The notes: generated from the letters alone by a model not told the origin. A stretch of DNA of 64,000 nt from Burkholderiales bacterium (GCA_018969975.1 JAGWXI010000003.1:902-64901), one strand, 5' to 3'. Positions 31,498 to 40,595 are shown, counted from the stretch's first letter. A program made the numbers and translations.

Positions 31498-33404
31498 AGG
31501 GCACCACCTTGACGTGCTTTCCGTGAACGCAACCAATCTTGGACAAAGCCTGCTAGTCCTTGTGGGAAAACCATCACTAGCAACAAAATTGTTCCACCCA
31601 AGACTGCTCGCCAGTAGTCAGTACTACGAGCAATCGTATCTTGCAAGGTTGTAAAGGTGATCGCCCCGACCAAAGGACCGACCACAGTTTGGACGCCACC
31701 CAACAACACCATAACTAAGCCATCCACTGATTTGGTGACACCCAAAGCGTCGGGCGAAATACTGCCCTTAGAGAACGCAAACAACGCTCCCGATAAACCT
31801 GCAAATGTCGCAGCCACAACAAATCCAACCCATTGCAGACGTTTGACATGCATGCCAATTGCTTCAGCACGTACCACCGAGTCACGACTAGCACGCAAAG
31901 CGTAACCAAATGGAGCAAACAACATACGACGCAATGCATAAATTCCAAGGATACAAAAACCCAAAGTAAGGTAGTAATAGATACGCTTATTGGCTAGCCA
32001 AGGACTCGGCCATACGCTGGTGAGTCCGTTACTTCCCCCCGTGAAGCTATCCCATTGAAAACAGATCGACCATAATATTTGACCAAACGCTAAAGTCAGC
32101 ATGGCAAGGTAAACACCCGATAAACGAACGCAGAACCAACCGATCAAAGCAGCTGCAATAGCAGTTAGCAATGGCGCAAAAATCAAAGTTAATTCCATAG
32201 GCATTTGAGCGCGCAGAACCAAAAGAGCTGCAATATAAGCGCCCAAGCCAAAGTACGCCGCATGTCCAAAGGAATGCATTCCTGCAGGCCCCATGATGAA
32301 GTGCAAACTGCAGGCAAATAGTGCTGCAGTCAATAAATCGATTGCCAAAACTGTTGTGTACGGTGATTGGGAAGTGAGATGGGGCAAAGCCCAAAGCACC
32401 ACCAAACACAAAATCCAAATACCCCACTGCATTTGACTGACCAATCGCAAAGGTGCTTCCCCTTCCCCTGGATTACGGGGCGTGCTTTGCGGTTTACCCA
32501 TTAAGCCCCATGGACGCAGCATCAATACCAAGGCCATTACCAAAAACTCTGCTACTAATGTAAGTTTTGAAAAGGCAAAACTGGTTCCCCATAATTCCAC
32601 GGTTCCTAAACCCACGCACAAGGCTTTGATTTCAGCAATCAACAATGCCGCAACATAGGCTCCAGGAATCGAACCCATACCACCTACCACCACAACCACA
32701 AATGCGTCGCCGATGGTCAATAAATCTAAACCTAGATTGGCAGGTTCGCGCGGCAATTGCAATGCACCGCCTAGGCCAGCAAGTGCACAGCCCAACGCAA
32801 ACACACCGGTAAATAACCAGTGTTGGTGAATGCCCAAAGCGCCAACCATTTCTCGGTCTTGCGTAGCTGCACGCACCAGGATGCCGAAAAGGGTTCGGTT
32901 CAACAGCAACCACATCAGCCCCAAGACCAAAGGCCCTACTACGATCAATAACAAGTCATAGGTGGGAAAACGACGACCCAAAATATCAATGGCACCAGAA
33001 AAACCCGGCGCGCGCGGGCCTAACAAGTCTTCCGGTCCCCAGATCCATAAAGCGGCATCTTTGATAACCAATACCAAAGCAAAGGTAGCTAATAGTTGAA
33101 ACAACTCAGGCGCACGATAGATGCGTCGTAAAAGTAGCATTTCTATTAACCCGCCCAACAAGCCAGTTATCAAAGCTGCTAATAACAACCAGCACCAAAA
33201 ACTCAGGGCCAATCCGACCGAACGACCAAAATACTCAACCAAGGAGTAGGCAATATAAATACCCAGCATGAAAAACGAGCCATGGGCAAAGTTGACGATA
33301 CGCGTGACCCCAAAGATCAACGACAGTCCAGCGGAGACTAAAAATAAAGAGGACGCACCGGCCAGACCGTTGAGCGCTTGGACCACAAAGCCAGAAAAAT
33401 CCAT
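31494..33404 (-). CDS. Fused LivH-LivM-type ABC permease
   Basis: First half GLSLIFGVTRIVNFAHG; second half SFGHAAYFGLGAY and GVYLAMLTLAF; start MDFSGF at 33404. Confidence 0.88.
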   Translation of the reverse strand: MDFSGFVVQALNGLAGASSLFLVSAGLSLIFGVTRIVNFAHGSFFMLGIYIAYSLVEYFGRSVGLALSFWCWLLLAALITGLLGGLIEMLLLRRIYRAPELFQLLATFALVLVIKDAALWIWGPEDLLGPRAPGFSGAIDILGRRFPTYDLLLIVVGPLVLGLMWLLLNRTLFGILVRAATQDREMVGALGIHQHWLFTGVFALGCALAGLGGALQLPREPANLGLDLLTIGDAFVVVVVGGMGSIPGAYVAALLIAEIKALCVGLGTVELWGTSFAFSKLTLVAEFLVMALVLMLRPWGLMGKPQSTPRNPGEGEAPLRLVSQMQWGIWILCLVVLWALPHLTSQSPYTTVLAIDLLTAALFACSLHFIMGPAGMHSFGHAAYFGLGAYIAALLVLRAQMPMELTLIFAPLLTAIAAALIGWFCVRLSGVYLAMLTLAFGQILWSICFQWDSFTGGSNGLTSVWPSPWLANKRIYYYLTLGFCILGIYALRRMLFAPFGYALRASRDSVVRAEAIGMHVKRLQWVGFVVAATFAGLSGALFAFSKGSISPDALGVTKSVDGLVMVLLGGVQTVVGPLVGAITFTTLQDTIARSTDYWRAVLGGTILLLVMVFPQGLAGFVQDWLRSRKARQGGAL

Positions 33405-33424
33405 GTCATCACAATCAATGAAAA

Positions 33425-33452
33425 TCAGCGTGCTAACGAGAAAGCACGCTGA
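33425..33452 (-). terminator. Stem-loop after the binding-protein gene (partial terminator or mRNA stabiliser)
   Basis: Perfect 10-bp stem TCAGCGTGCT/AGCACGCTGA, followed by TTTTC on the minus strand. Confidence 0.65.
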
Positions 33453-33466
33453 CAAGAAAGATCTGC

Positions 33467-34672
33467 TTAGTCGGCAGCGCGTAGTTTCTTGACTTCTTCG
33501 TTGCTCGGTTGAAAGTTAGCACCGTCAAGGTAGCGATAGTCCACCATCACGCCCTTACCGTTCTCGTTTTTGATGCGTCCAACAAAGGCACCCATTGTGG
33601 ATTGATGGTCTTGGCCACGAAAGGTCACTTTACCAAACGGGCTTGTCAAACTAAGCTCGCGAAAAGCAACAGCTAGTTTTTCAGAGTCAGTGCTGCCAGC
33701 TTTTTTGATGCCAGCGGCCAAAGCCTGGATCATGGTGTAGCCCACTACGGAACCTAAGCGAGGATAGTCATTGAACTTAGCTTGGTAAGCACTTAAAAAA
33801 GCTTTGTGCTCGGGAGTATTAATACCATTCCATGGATAGCCTGTGACGATCCAGCCATTAGGTGTCTCGTCCTTCAAGGGATCCAAGTACTCAGGCTCAC
33901 CCGTGAGCAAACTCACAACTTCGCGTCCTTGGAACAAGCCGCGGGTATTGCCTTCACGTACGAACTTGGTTAAGTCCGCGCCAAAGAGCACGTTGAAGAT
34001 AGCATCGGGCTTTGCATCAGCGAGCGCTTGAGCCACCGCGCCTGCGTCGACTTTACCCAGCGCTGGCGCCTGCTCAGCGACAAACTCCACATCAGGTTGT
34101 GCGGCTTTTAGTAATTGCTTGAAAGTGGCAACGGCAGATTGGCCATATTCGTAGTTGGGATAGACCACTGCCCAGCGCTTTTTCTTAAGCTTGGCTGCTT
34201 CTGGCACCAACATTGCCGATTGCATGTATGTAGAGGCGCGTAATCGGTAGGTGTATTTATTACCCCCTTGCCAAACGATTTTGTCTGTAAGCGGCTCACC
34301 CGCGAGGAAAAAGAATTTCTTTTGTTTAGAGAAATCTGTGACCGCTAAACCAATATGCGAGAGAAAAGTTCCGCTGAGAAGGTCAACTTGTTCACGCGAG
34401 ACCAACTCTTCGGCAGCTCTAACTGCATCGCCAGGATTAGCATTGTCATCACGAATGAAGAGTTGCAGTTTTTTTCCATTTACACCACCGGCGGCGTTAA
34501 TTTCGTCGACCGCTAGATCCATGCCTTTTTTGTAGGGTTCCAAAAAGGCGGGCTGGGCTTTGTAGCTATTGATCTCTCCTATCTTGATGACGCTTTGTGC
34601 AAATACCGGGGCAAGACCAACTGCCAATACAACAGCAACTGCTGTGTGGGTCAGATTACGAAAACTTTTCAT
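33467..34672 (-). CDS. ABC transporter periplasmic binding protein (LivJ/K-like fold; probably nicotinate-related)
   Basis: Signal peptide ending VFA-Q, IKIGEINSY, EINAAGGVNG; ligand inferred from context. Confidence 0.85.
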   Translation of the reverse strand: MKSFRNLTHTAVAVVLAVGLAPVFAQSVIKIGEINSYKAQPAFLEPYKKGMDLAVDEINAAGGVNGKKLQLFIRDDNANPGDAVRAAEELVSREQVDLLSGTFLSHIGLAVTDFSKQKKFFFLAGEPLTDKIVWQGGNKYTYRLRASTYMQSAMLVPEAAKLKKKRWAVVYPNYEYGQSAVATFKQLLKAAQPDVEFVAEQAPALGKVDAGAVAQALADAKPDAIFNVLFGADLTKFVREGNTRGLFQGREVVSLLTGEPEYLDPLKDETPNGWIVTGYPWNGINTPEHKAFLSAYQAKFNDYPRLGSVVGYTMIQALAAGIKKAGSTDSEKLAVAFRELSLTSPFGKVTFRGQDHQSTMGAFVGRIKNENGKGVMVDYRYLDGANFQPSNEEVKKLRAAD

Positions 34673-34716
34673 ACTGGCTCCTTTAATAAATTGAGACTGA
34701 ACTATGCGCCGACCAT

Positions 34717-35301
34717 TCATCGTAAACCATCTTGGCCGACGATTTCTGAGGCTTGCAATCCGCCAATGCGAGGCAAAGGCCGACCGCTATCCGTGACGAC
34801 AACTGCAACCACGATTTCATTGGCCCTTGGTGCATCGCTCACACGCGCTTCCATGGCATCAAAGTGGCTACGTACGAAAGCTGCATCTTTGTGCCCTAAC
34901 GGGACATCAATGATGGTTCCTAATGTGCCGCGTTTTTTAGCTGAAGGAACCAACGCCGCACCATGGCTCACGGCCTTACGTAAAGGCGCGCCTAATTTGG
35001 GATGCAAGATAGCGGCTGCATGCTCTAGTTCGCCATCTTCGCCCACGATGGCAGCTTTGCCGTAACTTTGCGCTTGGTCTGGCGATATTCCCAAGGCCTG
35101 AACACAGCGCTGACCCAACAAACCACCTAACTCTTCACCCATCTCAATCAACACGTCAAGATTAGGGCTGTATTTGCCCGCATAAGGGTTATCAATCACA
35201 GCCATTGCAAGAGCTTGGCGTGTAGGGGGTTCTACGCTTTGCCCACCTTCGGTGTGGGTTTCGTCGATTTGCACAACAATTTTGCGAATTTTGGCTTTCA
35301 T
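34717..35301 (-). CDS. DUF1185 (amino acid synthesis family) protein, paralogue B
   Basis: AVIDNPYAGKY, YGKAAIVGEDGELEH, VRSHFD, DAPRANEI, RIGGL. Confidence 0.87.
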   Translation of the reverse strand: MKAKIRKIVVQIDETHTEGGQSVEPPTRQALAMAVIDNPYAGKYSPNLDVLIEMGEELGGLLGQRCVQALGISPDQAQSYGKAAIVGEDGELEHAAAILHPKLGAPLRKAVSHGAALVPSAKKRGTLGTIIDVPLGHKDAAFVRSHFDAMEARVSDAPRANEIVVAVVVTDSGRPLPRIGGLQASEIVGQDGLR

Positions 35302-35313
35302 GGGTTTTTTCTC

Positions 35314-36213
35314 CTAAACATTTAAGCAGGCTTTAAGCCCAACTATTTCGATTTGCCCTTGGCAATACAACAGGGCAGCAAATATAAGTCCTTGCGTTTG
35401 CAATCCTTGTGCATATTGTTGTCCTCTCTCCAATGCTTGGGCTACAACTTTTGGTGCAAGTACTGGCACATCCACCGTCACCCGACGCGAACCCAAGTCC
35501 GTATCGTCAAGTAATTGATTAGCGGGTTGTCGCACTATGCTTGGATCGTCACAGTTCACAGCATTTGCAATTAAGGTTGCTGCAGCATCTGCCTGTGCTG
35601 CCGTTGCCGCTAAAACAGTAACACTATCTGCAATACCGAATGAGTGACTTCGACCCCGCCAACCGCTAGTAGCAACACCTCGCACAGGCATTTGTGCCTC
35701 GATAAGCAGTTCTCCATCAAGTAGTAACTCGGAGTCAGGATCACGCCCCATGGCCCGCGTGATGTCGCTTACCAAGCCAATTTGTACGGAAGTATCGTTG
35801 GTCAAATAGAGGGCAATATCGCCCCCATTGTTTACCCATGCGCGCTCAATACCAGATCTCTGGTAGGACGATAAAACAGCTTGCGCTACAGCGCCCGCCA
35901 CGGCCGCCATCGACGTAATAAACCCTTCGGGATGTGTCAAAGTAGGTTGTGCTAAGGGCGCACAGGCCTCCCACATACTGCGCGCGATAGTGCCCCGCAT
36001 GGGATTAGACGCACACAAATCAATGGCTCTTCGCAACTGCGCTAACTCTTGCACCAGTTCAGGCAGCATGGTTTGAAACTGCGCCCAAGCGAGTTCGTGC
36101 GCGCTGAGAACGCAATTTGGTTCTCCATCTGCATGTACCGTTAAGTCAATTGGGCCGTGTCGAAAATGCCAACACTGTGGATTGCGGTTGTAACGCTGAG
36201 CTGTCATCAACAT
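35314..36213 (-). CDS. UPF0280 / ApbE-like protein
   Basis: HGPIDL, MAAVAGAVA, NNGGDI, GVATSGWRGRS, ADAAATLIAN; ATG at 36213 overlaps the hnr stop. Confidence 0.85.
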   Translation of the reverse strand: MLMTAQRYNRNPQCWHFRHGPIDLTVHADGEPNCVLSAHELAWAQFQTMLPELVQELAQLRRAIDLCASNPMRGTIARSMWEACAPLAQPTLTHPEGFITSMAAVAGAVAQAVLSSYQRSGIERAWVNNGGDIALYLTNDTSVQIGLVSDITRAMGRDPDSELLLDGELLIEAQMPVRGVATSGWRGRSHSFGIADSVTVLAATAAQADAAATLIANAVNCDDPSIVRQPANQLLDDTDLGSRRVTVDVPVLAPKVVAQALERGQQYAQGLQTQGLIFAALLYCQGQIEIVGLKACLNV

Positions 36214-37805
36214 CAACCCAACATTGGTGGGTTGTCTAACGGCCAAGGACTATCACTGGCAGGAGGCGCCACCCACCGAATCTGCTTAGGCGCGCCATCA
36301 TTGTGCCAAGCGCCGTACTTTAAGCTGTTATCCAAACTGCGTACGTACCCCATATGCCCACCCAACGTTTCGTAGTCAGACAACCGCATGGTGAACTCGA
36401 TCGGTGCAACGATAGCGGGTGTTGGAACTGTGCCAAAACTACCAGGCGGCATGCGCATCACGTCCACCATGATGGTGATTCCACCACCCGGCCAAACATA
36501 AGAAGGTGCTCCGCCACAAGTAACGTTCACTAATGCACGCTTTATTGCATGTGTTAATTGCACAGGGTTGTCTGTGACACCAGCTCGCAAACTCCCACCC
36601 GCACCTCCTAAAAATAATACAGAAACCATCGACGGTTCACAGTTTTCACCAATGCGATCAACCACCCGACGAACACTGGCTGGCATCTCCGCTATTTGCG
36701 GTTGGAGTTGATCGTCGAGTACATACCAAGCAGAATGTTCGCCCGTAGTTGAGGTCATCAATAAGCGAAGCCCAGACCACGCAACAGCACTGTCCCATGG
36801 ATCCAAGATAGCAAGGGGGTCTTGGATATCGGTGCCACCCCATCCTGTGCCCGGATTAGCAACTTGGAAGTAACGCCCCGGTGTTGACTTGCGCCCTTTT
36901 ATACGAATTCCACTGGGCTGCATGTTCAAACAGCGTCCAGCCTGGTGCTCTGACAATACTCCGGTGATGTGGTCATCCACCACCACCACTTCATCGCACA
37001 ACCCTAACCACTGCTGGGCAAAAATGCCAATGGCGGCCGATCCGCAACCAACGCGCATTCTTTGTTCAGTTATCCCGTTGACGATCGGGGGTTGCCCAGC
37101 TTGCAACACGACGTTAGCGCCACCATCGATACTGACTTCCACCGGATGGAGGTTACAAAGGTCTTGCATCATGTTCATGGTGACGCGGCCTTCTTTTTTA
37201 GTACCTCCCGTCAAGTGATGAACACCGCCTAGGCTAAGCATTTGTGAGCCATATTCGGCCGTCGTAACATGCCCCACCACTTCACCATTACACCGCACCG
37301 CTGCTTGTTCAGGTCCAAGGTAGCGGTCAGTGTCGATTTTTACTTTCAAACTGCAATAACTAAAAATACCTTCAGTAACTACCGTCACCATATCGACACC
37401 GCGCGATTGCGAAGCGACTATGAAAGGCGCTGGTTTGTAATCGGGATAGGTTGTGGAAGATCCGATGCCGGTAACAAACATACCCTGGGAATCACTCGGT
37501 TGTTTGTCCTCCACACTTACGCTTAAAGACCCACGCTCCGATAAATCTGAGATCTCACTTGCACAAGTTGAACCTTGTCGTAGCACCACAACTGGGTCGA
37601 TACGAATCAAAATTCCTTTGCGATTGGCATACCGATCACATGCACCTACGCGACCATCAGAGATTTGACACAAGACGGGACAAGCATTGCACTCCACCTT
37701 ATCACCGATCATCTGTTCATTGCGAAGTGCAGATCGCTCCATCCCCCATTGGAGATTCACATCGTCTGAACTAGGCAGGCCGTCACCTTTGATGTGGGTC
37801 GTCAT
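36213..37805 (-). CDS. hnr: 6-hydroxynicotinate reductase-like Fe-S protein
   Basis: N-terminal CNACPVLC...GACDRYAN Cys cluster; TTYPDYKPAPFIV, VTVVTEGIFSYC, EYGSQMLSLGG, VDDHITG, VWPGGGI; divergent from enamidase; ATG 37805 likely start. Confidence 0.85.
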   Translation of the reverse strand: MTTHIKGDGLPSSDDVNLQWGMERSALRNEQMIGDKVECNACPVLCQISDGRVGACDRYANRKGILIRIDPVVVLRQGSTCASEISDLSERGSLSVSVEDKQPSDSQGMFVTGIGSSTTYPDYKPAPFIVASQSRGVDMVTVVTEGIFSYCSLKVKIDTDRYLGPEQAAVRCNGEVVGHVTTAEYGSQMLSLGGVHHLTGGTKKEGRVTMNMMQDLCNLHPVEVSIDGGANVVLQAGQPPIVNGITEQRMRVGCGSAAIGIFAQQWLGLCDEVVVVDDHITGVLSEHQAGRCLNMQPSGIRIKGRKSTPGRYFQVANPGTGWGGTDIQDPLAILDPWDSAVAWSGLRLLMTSTTGEHSAWYVLDDQLQPQIAEMPASVRRVVDRIGENCEPSMVSVLFLGGAGGSLRAGVTDNPVQLTHAIKRALVNVTCGGAPSYVWPGGGITIMVDVMRMPPGSFGTVPTPAIVAPIEFTMRLSDYETLGGHMGYVRSLDNSLKYGAWHNDGAPKQIRWVAPPASDSPWPLDNPPMLG

Positions 37806-37956
37806 GGGATGAGTGGTACCGTGATTAGTTTGTGGAATCACTAATATAACAACTAACGCATAAACCACAGTAGGTGAAATTCCCCTAGAAACCGGCGTGT
37901 CGAGGCATTACGATTTGCATACCCACTCTTAGTTAGCTATACATTGGAGCAAGTAA

Positions 37957-39147
37957 ATGGCCACGGCAACCGTTGAAGAAAAATCTGGAAAAGTTGTAAT
38001 ACGTAATATTGGATTGATGCTTTCTGGGGACATTGACCGTCCCATATTGAATGCCAATACTATCGTTATCCATGATGGGATCATCACCGCAGTCGGACAA
38101 GAAAAAGATTGCGATATTTCACAAGCAAAAACCACCATCGACGTGCGCCAAACATGTATTGCTCCTGGGTTGATAGACAGCCATGTGCATCCCGTATTTG
38201 GTGATTGGACACCTCGCCAAAACCAATTGGGCTGGATTGAGTCGACTATGAATGGTGGCGTCACCACGATGATTTCAGCTGGTGAAGTCCACTTACCTGG
38301 TCGACCCAAAGATATATTGGGCCTCAAGGCATTAGCCATCACAGCACAACGTGCATTTGATAATTTTCGCCCTGGGGGCGTAAAAGTGATTGCTGGTGCG
38401 CCTATCATTGAAAAAGGAATGACGGAACATGACTTCCAAGAACTTGCTGAAGCTGGGGTCATGCTCTTAGGTGAAGTTGGGCTAGGGTCTGTAAAAGCTG
38501 GCTACGAAGCCAAGGAAATGGTATCTTGGGCTCGAAAATATGGCATACAAAGCACCATTCATACAGGTGGGCCGTCCATTCCTGGTTCAGGTTTAATTGA
38601 TAAAGATGTCGTTCTTGAGGCGGATGCTGATGTGATTGGACACATCAATGGCGGTCACACCTCATTACCTGAATCTCACGTGTGTGAACTTTGCGAAAAG
38701 TCCATCAGAGCTATAGAGATCGTGCACAACGGTAACGAACGAGTTGCAATTGCAGCAGCAAAAGCAGCTTTAGAACTCAAGTGTCCGCATCGAGTTATTT
38801 TGGGTACTGATGGACCCGCGGGATCGGGTGTTCAACCATTAGGAATGCTTCGAATGATCGCCTTACTCTCAAGCTTGGCAAATATTCCAGCCGAGTTGGT
38901 TTTTTGTTTTGCAACTGGGAACACTGCGCGAATCCGTCAATTAAATTGTGGACTGATCGAAGTAGGTCGGGCAGCAGACTTTGTGTTTATGGACAGGGCG
39001 CAACATACTGCTGGAAAAACATTGCTTGAGAGCGTCAGTTTGGGCGACATTCCAGGTATTGGTATGGTGATGATTGACGGTTTGATTAGGTGTTTTAGAA
39101 GTCGTAACACCCCACCAGCGACAGAGGTACCCCAAGTAGTTCACTGA
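37957..39147 (+). CDS. ena: Enamidase-like binuclear amidohydrolase
   Basis: PGLIDSHVH, GDWTPRQ, ISAGEVHLPGRP, GEVG, IHTGG, GHINGG, LGTD; adjacent to hnr. Confidence 0.85.
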   Translation: MATATVEEKSGKVVIRNIGLMLSGDIDRPILNANTIVIHDGIITAVGQEKDCDISQAKTTIDVRQTCIAPGLIDSHVHPVFGDWTPRQNQLGWIESTMNGGVTTMISAGEVHLPGRPKDILGLKALAITAQRAFDNFRPGGVKVIAGAPIIEKGMTEHDFQELAEAGVMLLGEVGLGSVKAGYEAKEMVSWARKYGIQSTIHTGGPSIPGSGLIDKDVVLEADADVIGHINGGHTSLPESHVCELCEKSIRAIEIVHNGNERVAIAAAKAALELKCPHRVILGTDGPAGSGVQPLGMLRMIALLSSLANIPAELVFCFATGNTARIRQLNCGLIEVGRAADFVFMDRAQHTAGKTLLESVSLGDIPGIGMVMIDGLIRCFRSRNTPPATEVPQVVH

Positions 39148-39175
39148 TAAGGGCACAGTTAAGAGAAGCAGCGGC

Positions 39176-39619
39176 TTAAGAACTTCCCTCTTGCGCCTTG
39201 CGAATTACATTTTTTGCATCGGCATTACTGTTAGCTGCGGCTGAGCTGTTAGGGTTTTGAATCACTAAACCTAGTAAGCGAGCGCCGTGTTCGACGGCAA
39301 TGGATCCGTACGAAATATCGCCTTGAACGACTGATTCTTTATGAAATTCAACGCGCTCTGCAGCATATATATTGCCTTCAACCTTACCAGCCACCATAAC
39401 GCGATGCGCTGTAATATCTCCTGATACTTCCCCCGTCAAACCAATCGCTACGGTAACTTTGTTGTCTTTGGTGGTTTCAATATTGCCGACGACTTTGCCA
39501 TCTATTCGAACGCTGTCGAGTAGGACCAAGCGACCATAAATCTGGGTGGTGCGACCAATGATGGTGTCAAAGCGCTCTTGAGAGGGGGACAAGGATTTGT
39601 CTTTGAGTTTTTCAAACAT
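39176..39619 (-). CDS. Bactofilin (polymer-forming cytoskeletal protein)
   Basis: Beta-helix repeats TIIG, VRIDGKVVGNI, GEVSGDI, GKVEGNI, VQGDI. Confidence 0.88.
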   Translation of the reverse strand: MFEKLKDKSLSPSQERFDTIIGRTTQIYGRLVLLDSVRIDGKVVGNIETTKDNKVTVAIGLTGEVSGDITAHRVMVAGKVEGNIYAAERVEFHKESVVQGDISYGSIAVEHGARLLGLVIQNPNSSAAANSNADAKNVIRKAQEGSS

Positions 39620-39659
39620 CTTTGACCTTTTTGCTTTAATCGAGGTAGTCAATATTTAA

Positions 39660-40595
39660 TTATTGGCTTGCCAAATTGGTTTGCGGCAACATTTGGGTGG
39701 GATTGATCACACGATCAAAGCGCATCACCTCATAGTGCATATGCGGCCCAGTTGAGCGACCGGTATTCCCAAGCAAGCCAATGGTTTCTTGGCGTTGAAT
39801 TTTTTGACCCACTTGCACAAGCCGTTTGCTGAGATGGCCATATCGGGTGCTAAATCCTTCGATGTGACTTATCTCAATCACGTTTCCGTAGGCATGGTCC
39901 CATTCAGAGCGCGTAACTGTACCCGCAGCTGTCGCAACAATGGGTGAACCAACCTCAGCTACAAAGTCAAGACCTTCATGCATAGCGAGTTGACCGGTAA
40001 AAGGGTCATTACGAATACCAAAACCGCTGGTGATTCGATAGTCTTTGCCCATAGGTATTCCAGTAGGCAAGCCATTTAGCCATGTCAATTGGGAAGCCCA
40101 GTTTTGGGCCAGTGATTTGACAGCAGCTTGCGTTTGTGTGAAGTCGTCGATAGTGGCCATCATTTCTTGGACAAGAGATTGGGAATCACTCGTTTGGAGT
40201 CGGGGAGCAACCCAAGGCCCACCTTTGGAGTCATCTTTTTTCGACATTTTTTCTCGCAGATTCACTGGAGTTGCAATATCCATGAATCTGTTTTTGAGTG
40301 CTTCTAGTTGGCGTATGTCTTGTACTGTTGTGTTCAAGGATTCACGCAATTTATCAAGTCTTTCACGGTAAGTAGCTTCGACTCTTTGTTGCTCTGCTTC
40401 TGTGGTGACACCACCTAGGCTTCTAGCAAAACTAGGGCTAACTTCAATAGCAATTCGAAAACCAATAAAGTGCAACAAGATTCCAAGGAGCACACACCCG
40501 GCCGCCGCCATAGAAACCCAAACGAGCACTTTATGAGTTGTAATGGAAACAGTTTTCACCGAATCGGTGGGCCCCGACATCCACATCAATTGCAT
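39660..40595 (-). CDS. M23-family peptidoglycan endopeptidase with TM anchor and coiled coil
   Basis: HEGLD, YGHLS, STGPHMHYEV zinc motifs. Confidence 0.9.
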   Translation of the reverse strand: MQLMWMSGPTDSVKTVSITTHKVLVWVSMAAAGCVLLGILLHFIGFRIAIEVSPSFARSLGGVTTEAEQQRVEATYRERLDKLRESLNTTVQDIRQLEALKNRFMDIATPVNLREKMSKKDDSKGGPWVAPRLQTSDSQSLVQEMMATIDDFTQTQAAVKSLAQNWASQLTWLNGLPTGIPMGKDYRITSGFGIRNDPFTGQLAMHEGLDFVAEVGSPIVATAAGTVTRSEWDHAYGNVIEISHIEGFSTRYGHLSKRLVQVGQKIQRQETIGLLGNTGRSTGPHMHYEVMRFDRVINPTQMLPQTNLASQ

